This document shows positions 1 through 8,795 of a stretch of DNA of 27,843 nt, piece by piece; the stretch's first letter is position 1, and each line of letters opens with the position of its first letter. The DNA is taken from positions 1-27,843 of IMG/VR virus record IMGVR_UViG_3300020042_007277. One strand, written 5' to 3'. The notes under the pieces are model-generated. The model was not told where the DNA came from. It saw nothing but the letters and a program-made list of their open reading frames with translations, and made no database searches. The position numbers were made by a program, and so were the translations under genes. The stretch comes from a virus (taxonomy: Duplodnaviria > Caudoviricetes).

Positions 1-2
1 AG

Positions 3-1103
3 GACTACAACAAGTCGCTGTTTGAACTCACACTCAAGAACGGGAGCATGATCCGCGGCATCCCGGCGTCTGAGCCGGAGCGCTTCCGGGGTACGCAGTG
101 GCACGGCATGTGGGCAGACGAGTTGTGTGCGTTCGAGTACATTGACGACGCGTACGACCAGATTCAGTTTACGTTGCGACTGACAGACCCGCGCATTGCA
201 CGTGTGCAGTCGATCATCACCACAACACCCAAACCGCTGGAACTAATCACGGACCTGAACGAGGGCAAGGTGGGCGGTGACGTGTACGTGTCGCGCGCAT
301 CGAGTTATGACAACAGGTCAAACCTATCCTCAACTTTCTTCAAACAACTAGAAGCGTACGAGGGCACGGACCTAGGACGTCAAGAGATCTACGGCGAGAT
401 CTTGGACCCGGAGAACGCGGGTATTGTCAAGCGTAAGTGGTTCAAGAGTTGGCCTGCAAGCAAGCCAACGCCTGTGCTGGAGTACGTGCTGGTGTCGTAC
501 GACCCAGCAACAAGCGAGAAAACACACAACGACCCAACCGCGTGCATCGCGTTGGGTGTGTTCGAGCAAGATGACTTTGCGACAAGTTGCATTTTGCTCG
601 ACGCATGGGACAACCACCTGTCGTACCCTGAGTTACGACGCAAGGTGATCGAGGACTACAAGGAAGTTGTGTACGGCGCGGACAACACCTTTGCCAAGGG
701 CAAGAAAACGGACCTCATTTTGATGGAAGATAAGTCCGCGGGTATCTCGCTCATCCAAGAACTGCAGGCCGCGCACCTGCCGGTGAGGTCCTACAACCCC
801 GGAAGAGCCGACAAGGTGCAGAGGATGAACATTGTGGCGCCGCTGATTGCAAAAGGTAGGGTGTACGTGCCAGAGGACCCCGCAACCCCGGGTGAGGTGG
901 CCCCGTGGGCCAAGCGTTTCATCAGGCAGGTGTGTTCTTTTCCGGAAGCAAAGGGCCACGACGACTACGTTGACGCACTTTCACAGGCTTTGAGGGTCCT
1001 GCGCGACTCAGGTTGGCTTGAACTGGACCCACTACCAGCAAGAGACTACGCACATGCAGACGACATAGCGCGAAACAGGGTGAATAACCCCTACGCCGCG
1101 TGA
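3..1103 (+). CDS. terL: Terminase large subunit, 5' truncated (frame open from the window start)
   Basis: Frame is open from position 3 (DYNKSLFELTLKNGSMIRG...). Walker B-like GMWADE, coupling motif IITTTP, and RNase H-like nuclease residues SYDPA and HDDYVDA. Confidence 0.93.
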   Translation, partial: DYNKSLFELTLKNGSMIRGIPASEPERFRGTQWHGMWADELCAFEYIDDAYDQIQFTLRLTDPRIARVQSIITTTPKPLELITDLNEGKVGGDVYVSRASSYDNRSNLSSTFFKQLEAYEGTDLGRQEIYGEILDPENAGIVKRKWFKSWPASKPTPVLEYVLVSYDPATSEKTHNDPTACIALGVFEQDDFATSCILLDAWDNHLSYPELRRKVIEDYKEVVYGADNTFAKGKKTDLILMEDKSAGISLIQELQAAHLPVRSYNPGRADKVQRMNIVAPLIAKGRVYVPEDPATPGEVAPWAKRFIRQVCSFPEAKGHDDYVDALSQALRVLRDSGWLELDPLPARDYAHADDIARNRVNNPYAA

Positions 1104-1108
1104 TTTTC

Positions 1109-1147
1109 GGGCACAAACACCCTGATTTATGGGTGATTGGTTATAGG
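1109..1147 (+). promoter_or_regulatory. Putative phage late promoter, copy 1
   Basis: gggcac-aaacaccctgat-ttatgggtgattggttatagg. Matches the five-copy consensus; intergenic after terL and followed by an SD and ATG 1159. Confidence 0.7.
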
Positions 1148-1158
1148 AGGCCCCCTGA

Positions 1159-1356
1159 ATGCACAGTTCATCGCACGCAAAAGAGATCAGGCAGTGTGGT
1201 TGTCAGATGTGTCGCTATATCCGAGGACGAAGCGAGTCATTTTCTGTCTGGGGCAAGGTTAGAGCAGGGTATCGGAGCATGTTGAAAGACATTGTTAAGG
1301 GCGGCGACCTTGAAAACTACAACAAAATTTTGAAAAACCGAGATTACGATGCTTAA
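1159..1356 (+). CDS. Small hypothetical protein with a CxCxxC motif
   Basis: Strong SD AGGAGG (1145-1150) 8 nt before the ATG. Stop overlaps the start of the next gene. CGCQMC is a possible metal-binding site. Confidence 0.65.
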   Translation: MHSSSHAKEIRQCGCQMCRYIRGRSESFSVWGKVRAGYRSMLKDIVKGGDLENYNKILKNRDYDA

Positions 1357-2977
1357 TCCAATTAAAACACCAACACAAATGATGTACGAACAAGCGGGCA
1401 TCCCCCACTACGACAGGGGTGGTGTTATTGGTCAGTTTGCAAACCGAATTCAAGACGCAATTCGCAAATACACAAAGGCTGTAGGTAAACCACCGTCTGC
1501 AGAAGAAGTAAAACAGCTAGAGGACCACATTCGGTCCCTTTCCGCCCCCACAGGCAACGCACCACAGACAATGGCGCGCACACAACAACAAACACCGTTT
1601 TCAAACCAGCTTGTTGACCAAAGTGGTCGTCCTTATCAAGCGGTAACAACACCAGAAGGCCGCACAATCACACCAGAGCGCGCCAAGGGTGTGGCAACAC
1701 GAGAGTCAGTGGGTCCTTACCAAGATTTACCAAGCCAGTTTGGCATGTCACCCGCAAACATCAAGGCGCGTGCATATCCAAAGGGTCAGTTTCTAAACGC
1801 GTTCCCTGAAGACGAGTTCATGTCGATGGCCAACACAGGCCGCACAGGCAACCGCACATGGAACAAGTCATTCACACCCTCAACAGAAGAGTTGGCAACG
1901 CGCCAGCAGTTGGGTGAAGAGGCAATGGACCTGTCAGACGAGGCAATGGGCGGTCTTGATGCCATTCGTATGACCGAGGGTGACATTCCTCAGATGACCA
2001 GCGCCAGCGCGCCGTTCGCCGAACGTGCCGCGCAAATGGAAGGCCCCGGCATTGACAAGCTGACAGACGAGATGTTGTTGGGCAAACACGGCGCTTTGGT
2101 GGATAAAGTGGTTGCGGACTTCCGTGCCCGCGGCATTGACCCAGACCAAGAAGACATTGTGAACGCGATCAACGCGATGATCAACCCAATGCGCCACAAC
2201 TATACCGGCATGAACCCGATTGCCCAACGCCCTGTGCAGGGCCGTGGCCCCGCAACCGCAGAGATGAACGCGTGGCGCGACGAGGCCCGCATGTCTGGTC
2301 TGCCAGAGACGGTGGTGACTAAGCACCCAGATGATTGGAAGGCACAACACCAGCGCGATTATTTGCTGGACACAGCCCCCGAGCAACGCGCACCGTTTGC
2401 GAAAGACTGGCAGATGCAAGAGTTGGAAGACAGACGCCGCCGTGCGGTGCAGGGTAAAGCCGCAGGCGGCATGATGTACTCTCCCCGCGACATGCAGGCC
2501 GAAATGATGGTCCGCGGTTACGCAGGCGGTGGACAAACACAAGGCCCCACACAAGAAGACATTGTTAACTACATTCGTGGCGGCGGCTCAAGAATGGACA
2601 ACTCAGCCGATGAAATGATGATGCGCGCTTATGAGCGCCGTCAGCCTTCAATGAGCGAGTACAAAGCGTCTCCTAGAGAGCGTATCTCTTCATTGGGTCA
2701 AGACTTTTTAGAACGGTCAGGCATGCCTCGCTACAATGCACGCAAAACAGCCAACACAGTAATTGGTGGACCCGCCAGTAACTTGCCCGGTGGTTTTGGT
2801 TTGGCAGACATCGCCATGTTAAACCCCGCTGGCGCAATGGCTGTGGCGCCTATGTACGCCGCAGAAACAGGACACTATATCGGAAAAGGCGAACCAGTTA
2901 GCGCGGGCATGAGCGCGTTAGGCATGTTGCCCATGGCCGGACCAATCCGTAAAGCATACAGAGGCTTTAACCAATAA
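1349..2977 (+). CDS. 542-aa hypothetical protein between terminase and portal, possibly a virion cargo/ejected protein
   Basis: Long ORF coupled to the portal by TAATG. Met/Gln/Ala-rich, carries YDRGG, KAAGG and YAGGG motifs and a Gly/Ala-rich hydrophobic C-terminus. Confidence 0.75.
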   Translation: MLNPIKTPTQMMYEQAGIPHYDRGGVIGQFANRIQDAIRKYTKAVGKPPSAEEVKQLEDHIRSLSAPTGNAPQTMARTQQQTPFSNQLVDQSGRPYQAVTTPEGRTITPERAKGVATRESVGPYQDLPSQFGMSPANIKARAYPKGQFLNAFPEDEFMSMANTGRTGNRTWNKSFTPSTEELATRQQLGEEAMDLSDEAMGGLDAIRMTEGDIPQMTSASAPFAERAAQMEGPGIDKLTDEMLLGKHGALVDKVVADFRARGIDPDQEDIVNAINAMINPMRHNYTGMNPIAQRPVQGRGPATAEMNAWRDEARMSGLPETVVTKHPDDWKAQHQRDYLLDTAPEQRAPFAKDWQMQELEDRRRRAVQGKAAGGMMYSPRDMQAEMMVRGYAGGGQTQGPTQEDIVNYIRGGGSRMDNSADEMMMRAYERRQPSMSEYKASPRERISSLGQDFLERSGMPRYNARKTANTVIGGPASNLPGGFGLADIAMLNPAGAMAVAPMYAAETGHYIGKGEPVSAGMSALGMLPMAGPIRKAYRGFNQ

Positions 2978-5730
2978 TGCAACCAATTATTCCACTCCAA
3001 AAGGGCGGTAACCTGTCCGCGTTGTCGTACGCTGAAGACGAGTCAACACAAGAAGTAGACACCGACAAAGAGATCCAAGATCTGGCCGAGGCGCTGGACT
3101 TGGACATGGACGAAGTTGAGTCCGAGGTTATTGAGTTGGAGGACGGGTCTGTCATAGTGAACATGACGGAGACAGAAAAGCCTTCACAGAACCCAGAGTT
3201 CTACGCCAACTTGGCCGAAGAGATGGACGACTCCATTCTTGACGAACTTGCGTCAGAGTACCTTGACCTGATTGAAGTGGACCGTGAGTCGCGCAAACAG
3301 CGTGACAAGCAGTACGAAGAAGGTATCCGCCGCACAGGTTTGGGCAACGACGCCCCCGGTGGCGCAACGTTTGACGGCGCGTCCAAGGTGGTTCACCCTA
3401 TCATGGCAGAGGCCTGCGTGGACTTTGCGGCAAACGCCTGCAAAGAGTTGTTGCCATCAGACGGTTTGGTGCGCACGTTCATCAAAGGCAAAGCGGACAC
3501 CAAGCGCTTAGACACAGCACAGCGTAAAGCCAACTTCCTGAACTGGCAGTTAACCGAGCAGGTTGAAGAGTACCGCGACGAGATGGAGCAGTTGTTCACC
3601 CAACTACCCCTTGGTGGCTCACAATATCTCAAATGGAGATGGGACAAAGACCTGAACCGCCCGGTGCCTGAGTGGGTTCCAATTGACAACGTGCTGTTGC
3701 CGTTTGCGTCTACCAATTTTTACTCAGCCGCGCGTGTTACAGAACAGCAAGACATTACCGAAGACATGTTCAAGCAACGTGTCGAGATAGGCGAATATCG
3801 CGATATTGAGATATACACCTCTGACCTGTTGCCTGAGAACCAGACACAGTCAAAAAAGGCCAACGACAAAATTGAAGGTCTAACAGAGCCAACGAAGAAC
3901 GTAGACGGTTTGCGCCGCGTGTACGAAATTACCGCGTTCTTGCGTTTGGAAGACGACCCGCTGACAAAAGGAGCACGTGCGCCTTACGTTATGACGGTGG
4001 ACGAGATTACAAGCAAGGTGGTTGCTCTGTACCGTAACTGGCAGTCTGGTGACCTGCGCATGCGCAAGCTCGACTGGATGGTGGAGTACAAGTTTATTCC
4101 ATGGCGCGGCGCTTACGCGATTGGCATGCCACACCTGATTGGTGGCCTCTCAGCGGCACTGACTGGCTCGTTGCGCGCGTTGATGGACTCAGCGCACGTG
4201 AACAACAGCCAGACCATGTTGAAGCTAAAAGGCGGACGCATTGGTGGCCAGACAGACCGCATTGAGCCAACTCAGGTCGTAGAGATCGAGGGTTCACCCG
4301 GCGTGGACGACGTGCGTAAGTTGGCCATGCCCCTGCCGTTCAACCCGCCGTCCTCTGTGCTGTACAACCTGTTAGGTTGGTTGACAGACGCGGCCAAGGG
4401 TGTTGTGAAGACAAGCGAAGGCCGTATTGCCGACGCGGGTAGCAACACACCGGTTGGTACAACACAGGCGCTGATCGAGCAGGGCTCGAAGGTGTTCTCA
4501 AGCATTCACGCACGACTGCACCGCAGTCAGGCTAAGAGTCTGCAGGTTCTCTCACGTATCAACCACTGGTACTTGGAAGACATGGACAACCAGTCCGGTG
4601 CCGAGATTTCAGTTGAAGATTTTGAAGATAACTCAGACGTCAGCCCGATCTCTGACCCTAACATCTTCAGCGAAACACAGCGTTTAACTCAGGCGCAACT
4701 GGTAATGCAGTTGGCAGACAAAGCGCCCCAGTTGTACGACGTGCGCGAGGCGCACATGCGCGTGATGAAGTTGATGAAGGTGCCTGACATTGAGAAGGTC
4801 ATGCCTAACCCACAGGGCGCAAGCGAGAGCAACCCCGCGCTTGAGAACGTGCAGATGACCATGGGTCACCCTGCCGCCGCGTTCCCGGGCCAAAGCCACA
4901 TTGACCACCTGAAGGTTCACTTGGCTTACATGATGGACCCGTCTTATGGCGGCAGTCCTTTGATTGGAACAACAATTACGCCTTTGATGTTGGAGCATAT
5001 TAAGCAACACGTCACACTGCACTACCTGCAATCTATGCGCAACTACGTGTCGCACGCCGCTGGTGGTGAGGACGCGTTCAAGTTGAACGAGGAGCGCAAG
5101 CTGGACCAAGCCGCCCAAGAGGCGCTGGCCATGGCGGCACAGTTGGTCAACCAAGACGCAGAAAAGACGTTCAAGGGCATCAACCCAATTGTTCAGCAAC
5201 TCATGCAACAGATGCAACAGAACAAGCAGTCTCAAATGCAGTCCGCGGCTATGGCAGACCCAACGGCGCAGGCTCTTATCCAGACTCAAATGGCGGAGAC
5301 AAAGCGCAAAACAGAAGAGGCGCAGGCCAAGTTCCAGTTGGAGCGCGAGAAGATGCAGGCCGAGATGGCAGACAAGGTTCGCGACATGCAGGCCAAGGTT
5401 GCAGAGATTCAGGCCAAGTTGGGACTACAGCAACAGTTGGCCGATCAGGACAACTCGGCCAAGGTGGCAATTGCCGACATCAACAACGCCTCAAGAGAGC
5501 GTGTGGCAATGATCAACTCAGACCAAGCGTTGAGCGCACAACAAATCAAACAACAGCATTCACAAGAGATGACTGCGTTGGAAGCAGAAAGCCAAGCGTA
5601 CGCGGACATGCGTAAGCACGGGTTAGACCAAGCGCAAGCAGAAGAGCAACGTGCATACGATGCGGCGATGCAAGCGCAACAACAGTTGACCCAAGCGGTC
5701 CAACAAGCACAACAACCAACAGGAGTATGA
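2977..5730 (+). CDS. Portal protein with acidic N-terminus and long Gln-rich coiled-coil C-terminus (P22-like barrel)
   Basis: 917 aa, downstream of terL. Motifs FYANLAE, GASKVVHP, FIPWRGAYAIG and PVGTTQALIEQG are typical of this podovirus portal family. Confidence 0.85.
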   Translation: MQPIIPLQKGGNLSALSYAEDESTQEVDTDKEIQDLAEALDLDMDEVESEVIELEDGSVIVNMTETEKPSQNPEFYANLAEEMDDSILDELASEYLDLIEVDRESRKQRDKQYEEGIRRTGLGNDAPGGATFDGASKVVHPIMAEACVDFAANACKELLPSDGLVRTFIKGKADTKRLDTAQRKANFLNWQLTEQVEEYRDEMEQLFTQLPLGGSQYLKWRWDKDLNRPVPEWVPIDNVLLPFASTNFYSAARVTEQQDITEDMFKQRVEIGEYRDIEIYTSDLLPENQTQSKKANDKIEGLTEPTKNVDGLRRVYEITAFLRLEDDPLTKGARAPYVMTVDEITSKVVALYRNWQSGDLRMRKLDWMVEYKFIPWRGAYAIGMPHLIGGLSAALTGSLRALMDSAHVNNSQTMLKLKGGRIGGQTDRIEPTQVVEIEGSPGVDDVRKLAMPLPFNPPSSVLYNLLGWLTDAAKGVVKTSEGRIADAGSNTPVGTTQALIEQGSKVFSSIHARLHRSQAKSLQVLSRINHWYLEDMDNQSGAEISVEDFEDNSDVSPISDPNIFSETQRLTQAQLVMQLADKAPQLYDVREAHMRVMKLMKVPDIEKVMPNPQGASESNPALENVQMTMGHPAAAFPGQSHIDHLKVHLAYMMDPSYGGSPLIGTTITPLMLEHIKQHVTLHYLQSMRNYVSHAAGGEDAFKLNEERKLDQAAQEALAMAAQLVNQDAEKTFKGINPIVQQLMQQMQQNKQSQMQSAAMADPTAQALIQTQMAETKRKTEEAQAKFQLEREKMQAEMADKVRDMQAKVAEIQAKLGLQQQLADQDNSAKVAIADINNASRERVAMINSDQALSAQQIKQQHSQEMTALEAESQAYADMRKHGLDQAQAEEQRAYDAAMQAQQQLTQAVQQAQQPTGV

Positions 5731-5732
5731 AA

Positions 5733-5909
5733 ATGGCAACAGGCAATCAAGACATGGGTTTTCGCAAGAACTACAAGATTACCGGCAAGCCCGGTTATGC
5801 AGGCGGCCCCGGCTCGCCAGTAGAAACAGGACCCTCTGGTTCAAAGATGGCCCCTAAGGCCCCCTTGTACCAAGTACCGCCCGTAAATAGTCGCGGTTTA
5901 AAGAAATAA
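5733..5909 (+). CDS. Small basic Pro/Gly-rich hypothetical protein
   Basis: SD AGGAG (5721-5725) is correctly spaced for ATG 5733 rather than 5727. Directly follows the portal. Confidence 0.6.
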   Translation: MATGNQDMGFRKNYKITGKPGYAGGPGSPVETGPSGSKMAPKAPLYQVPPVNSRGLKK

Positions 5910-5913
5910 GTTA

Positions 5914-5952
5914 GGGCGTAAGTACACACTTTTGTGTGTACTTAGTTATAAG
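5914..5952 (+). promoter_or_regulatory. Putative phage late promoter, copy 2, overlapping a perfect 11-bp inverted repeat
   Basis: gggcgt-aagtacacactt-ttgtgtgtacttagttataag. Inverted repeat taagtacacac (5919-5929) / tttt / gtgtgtactta (5934-5944). Confidence 0.65.
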
Positions 5953-5963
5953 GAGGGTTTTTG

Positions 5964-6161
5964 ATGAAAGACCCGTTATATGAATCGATCTTTAGGATCA
6001 AAGAAGCTGTTGAGTTTTTGCAAGACGGCGTTTTGAGTGGGGTCGATAGCTGGGATAAATACAACCAGCTTGTAGGGAGAGGCCAAGGTCTGAAAGAGGC
6101 TTTGGAAATTATCAACAGTGTCCTGCGAGAGGACGAGGAATCTGACAATGACAGAGAGTAA
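5964..6161 (+). CDS. Small helical hypothetical protein preceding GroES
   Basis: SD AGGAGG (5951-5956), ATG 5964. The WDKYNQLVGRGQGL..AL pattern is recalled as typical of the ORF upstream of phage groES in such head modules. Confidence 0.75.
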   Translation: MKDPLYESIFRIKEAVEFLQDGVLSGVDSWDKYNQLVGRGQGLKEALEIINSVLREDEESDNDRE

Positions 6162-6576
6162 GTACCAAGTAGATGGTCGGAGTGAAGCCGACTGTTTTCC
6201 GGCAGTTGATCCGGGAATCAAGCTTAAAGGCAACCGAATCGTAGTTCAACTGCGAAAAGCCAAAGACGTTTCAAAAGGCGGCATCATTCTAGTGAGTGAT
6301 ACAAAAGCCACCGAAAAATGGAACGAGGTGATTGCAAAGGTGGTGGCAGTAGGCCCCTTGGCATACAGAGATCTTAGCACGCTTGAACCATGGCCAGAAG
6401 GCGCGTGGGTAGAACTGGGAGATCTTGTTCGTGTGATCAAGTACGGCGGCGACCGCTGGGCGGTACCACACGGCGACGGCGAGGTTGTGTTTATCATTTT
6501 GCAGGACCGCGAGGTTATTTGTGCAATTGATAATTTTGAAACCGCGAGGACTATGTTCCCCGCATTTGTTGAGTAA
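6148..6576 (+). CDS. groES: GroES-like co-chaperonin (Cpn10 family)
   Basis: LKGNRIVVQ, mobile loop SKGGIIL, KVVAVGP, VELGDLV..KYGG and ILQDREVI are Cpn10 hallmarks. SD GAGGA (6135-6139) supports ATG 6148. Confidence 0.9.
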   Translation: MTESKYQVDGRSEADCFPAVDPGIKLKGNRIVVQLRKAKDVSKGGIILVSDTKATEKWNEVIAKVVAVGPLAYRDLSTLEPWPEGAWVELGDLVRVIKYGGDRWAVPHGDGEVVFIILQDREVICAIDNFETARTMFPAFVE

Positions 6577-6587
6577 AGGATTTCGTT

Positions 6588-7589
6588 ATGAAATCAGTGA
6601 TGAAAGCAGAAATGCAAGCTGGCGAAGACATCGCCATTAAAGAACGGGACGATGGCAGTGCGTTAGCCGCCATGGACGACCACGTTGACCCTTTTGAGGG
6701 CACAGAAGATAACACATCGGCGTCAGATGACGACGGTGATGGTGACACACAAAGCTTTGCCGAAGGTGGCGACGTTGAGGGTGACACCGAAGAAGACAGG
6801 GAGAACCTTCGAGCCGCGCGTCGTGAAGAGCGACGTCTAAAGAAGGATCTCACAAAGCAACGCGAGGTAAGCGCAAAGCATAAGATCAGTTCGCTGGAAC
6901 GCCGCAACGAGACCCTTGAGCGCCGGTTGGCCCAAGTGGAAAACGCCGCAGTAGGATTCCAGTTCGCACAGATCGACCGCTTGTTGGAAGACGAGTCCAC
7001 GCGCGTTGAGTACGCGAAGATGAAGGCAACGCAGGCCGCGCAAGCAGGCAACGTGGCCGAGCAAATGGAATACATGGAGCAGTTTCACAACGCCAAGACA
7101 AAGTTGGCGCAGGTGCAAATGCTTAAACAGCGTCAGTTGGAAGAGGCCAAACAGCCCCGTAACAACGTGCCGAGCCCTGCCACTGAGGTGGTTCAGGAAA
7201 ACGCAACGCAGTGGTTACATTCAAACCGTTGGTACGATCCAAGCGGTAAAGATACAGACAGCCGCATTGCCAAGGTAGTTGACAATGCGCTGGCAAGCGA
7301 AGGTTGGGATCCAGCCGACCCAGAGTATTGGGACGAGTTGGACAATCGATTGAAAGAACGTTTACCCCATCGGTATACGGGCAAAACAGGCGGAGACCGT
7401 AACCGCCGTAGCGGAACCTCTAGTGGTCGCACAGACGTGAGTGGTAGTGCTGTAAAGAACACCTTCACACTGAGCAGAGACCGCGTGCAGGCGCTTAAAG
7501 ACGCAGGAATGTGGGATGACCCATCCAAGCGTGCTAAAGCGATCCGAAGCTACGCAGATTTTGACCGTAAGAACCGAGTAACGAAATAA
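6588..7589 (+). CDS. Putative capsid scaffolding protein
   Basis: Acidic disordered N-terminus, long coiled coil and a short C-terminal helical domain. Lies upstream of the capsid genes; SD AAGGA. Confidence 0.6.
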   Translation: MKSVMKAEMQAGEDIAIKERDDGSALAAMDDHVDPFEGTEDNTSASDDDGDGDTQSFAEGGDVEGDTEEDRENLRAARREERRLKKDLTKQREVSAKHKISSLERRNETLERRLAQVENAAVGFQFAQIDRLLEDESTRVEYAKMKATQAAQAGNVAEQMEYMEQFHNAKTKLAQVQMLKQRQLEEAKQPRNNVPSPATEVVQENATQWLHSNRWYDPSGKDTDSRIAKVVDNALASEGWDPADPEYWDELDNRLKERLPHRYTGKTGGDRNRRSGTSSGRTDVSGSAVKNTFTLSRDRVQALKDAGMWDDPSKRAKAIRSYADFDRKNRVTK

Positions 7590-7599
7590 GGGGTAAGAC

Positions 7600-8154
7600 A
7601 TGGCTAACAATCGAATTACACGAGATTTAGACGACCGCCTGCAAGGGCGTGTTGATGAACTGAAGGCGCGGAGCGAAATCTCCTCGCCTGATGAAGCAGT
7701 GAAGCGTGAAAGGCTGGAGGCTTTTCGGGACAAATGGTCCAACAACGCACTGCCGGACGTACCGGGTGGTTTACTGCCGGGTATGCACCTCTGCTGGCTG
7801 TCAACGACAAACCAGTATGATTCAATCGACAAACGCATCGCGTTGGGTTATGAGCCAGTGAAAGCCGCCGATTTAGGAAAAGGCTTTGAACACTTAGGCA
7901 AGATGAGCTCGGGCAAGTTTGAAGGTTGTATATCTTGTAATGAGATGATCTTATTCAAGATCCCGGAAGACATTTATCAGGAAGTGGCACGAATGCTTCA
8001 CCACGATGATCCTTTGGAACACCAGCGTAACATTACGTCGCAGGTTCGTTCACAGGCTGAAGGTGGTAAAGGTGGACGCTCTATTCTGGAAGGTGGACTC
8101 TTGGAAATGGAAAAAGATGCACATAGATCCGCACATAATCTGCGGTTTAGTTAA
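7600..8154 (+). CDS. Conserved head-module hypothetical protein
   Basis: 184 aa, SD-like TAAGGGG. The PGMHLCWLSTTN...KRIALGYEPV pattern is recalled from genes between scaffold and capsid in related phages. Confidence 0.75.
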   Translation: MANNRITRDLDDRLQGRVDELKARSEISSPDEAVKRERLEAFRDKWSNNALPDVPGGLLPGMHLCWLSTTNQYDSIDKRIALGYEPVKAADLGKGFEHLGKMSSGKFEGCISCNEMILFKIPEDIYQEVARMLHHDDPLEHQRNITSQVRSQAEGGKGGRSILEGGLLEMEKDAHRSAHNLRFS

Positions 8155-8175
8155 ACAACTTTAAGGAACCAATAA

Positions 8176-8775
8176 ATGAGTGCAACTTACACTCCCTTTG
8201 GTCTGGAGCCCGTTTATCATCCTAGCGGCACTATCCGTTCATTGAACTATACCGGCGCGTACAGCGCGACCGATATATTCTACAGCGGTACACCTGTCTC
8301 TTTTGATGAAGCAACGACTGCAGGCACATCAACTCTCATCGTCGCTACTGCGGCACCTACAGCAGGTCAGCGTTTAGCTGGTGTGTTTGCCGGTGTTGAG
8401 TATACAGACGCTTCCGGCCGCCGCACAGTCAGCAAATGGTTTGGTCCCGCTTTGGGAACAGCCTCTGACGTCGTGATGTGGGTTTTCATGGACCCCGAAA
8501 TTGTGTACGAGATTCAAGCTAACGCCGCAGTCGCAAACACAAAAGTCGGTCAAGAATTCAACTTCTTGACACCATCCGCCGGTCAAATCATCGGCAACGG
8601 TGGTCTGGGTACCTCAACCGCAGGGTTGAATCCCGCTGACGTTGCAGTCGGCACACAAGCACAGATGCAAGTCGTTGGCCTCGGCCGCGACATCAACAAC
8701 GCTTGGGGTGACGCCGCAACGATTGTGCAAGTCAAGCTCGCTAACGACGCGTTCGTTGCCGCTAACGTAGAATAA
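8176..8775 (+). CDS. Putative minor capsid / cement (decoration) protein
   Basis: 199 aa, beta-rich, PFGL.PV N-terminus and GVFAGVEYTD motif. Immediately upstream of the major capsid gene; SD TAAGGA. Confidence 0.6.
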   Translation: MSATYTPFGLEPVYHPSGTIRSLNYTGAYSATDIFYSGTPVSFDEATTAGTSTLIVATAAPTAGQRLAGVFAGVEYTDASGRRTVSKWFGPALGTASDVVMWVFMDPEIVYEIQANAAVANTKVGQEFNFLTPSAGQIIGNGGLGTSTAGLNPADVAVGTQAQMQVVGLGRDINNAWGDAATIVQVKLANDAFVAANVE

Positions 8776-8795
8776 CTAAAGAAAGGAAGTAGCAC

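Noticed and set aside
1100-1285. 61-aa + ORF overlapping the terL stop
   Set aside because: It runs across the promoter-like motif and conflicts with ORF 1159-1356, which has a strong SD and is coupled to the next gene.
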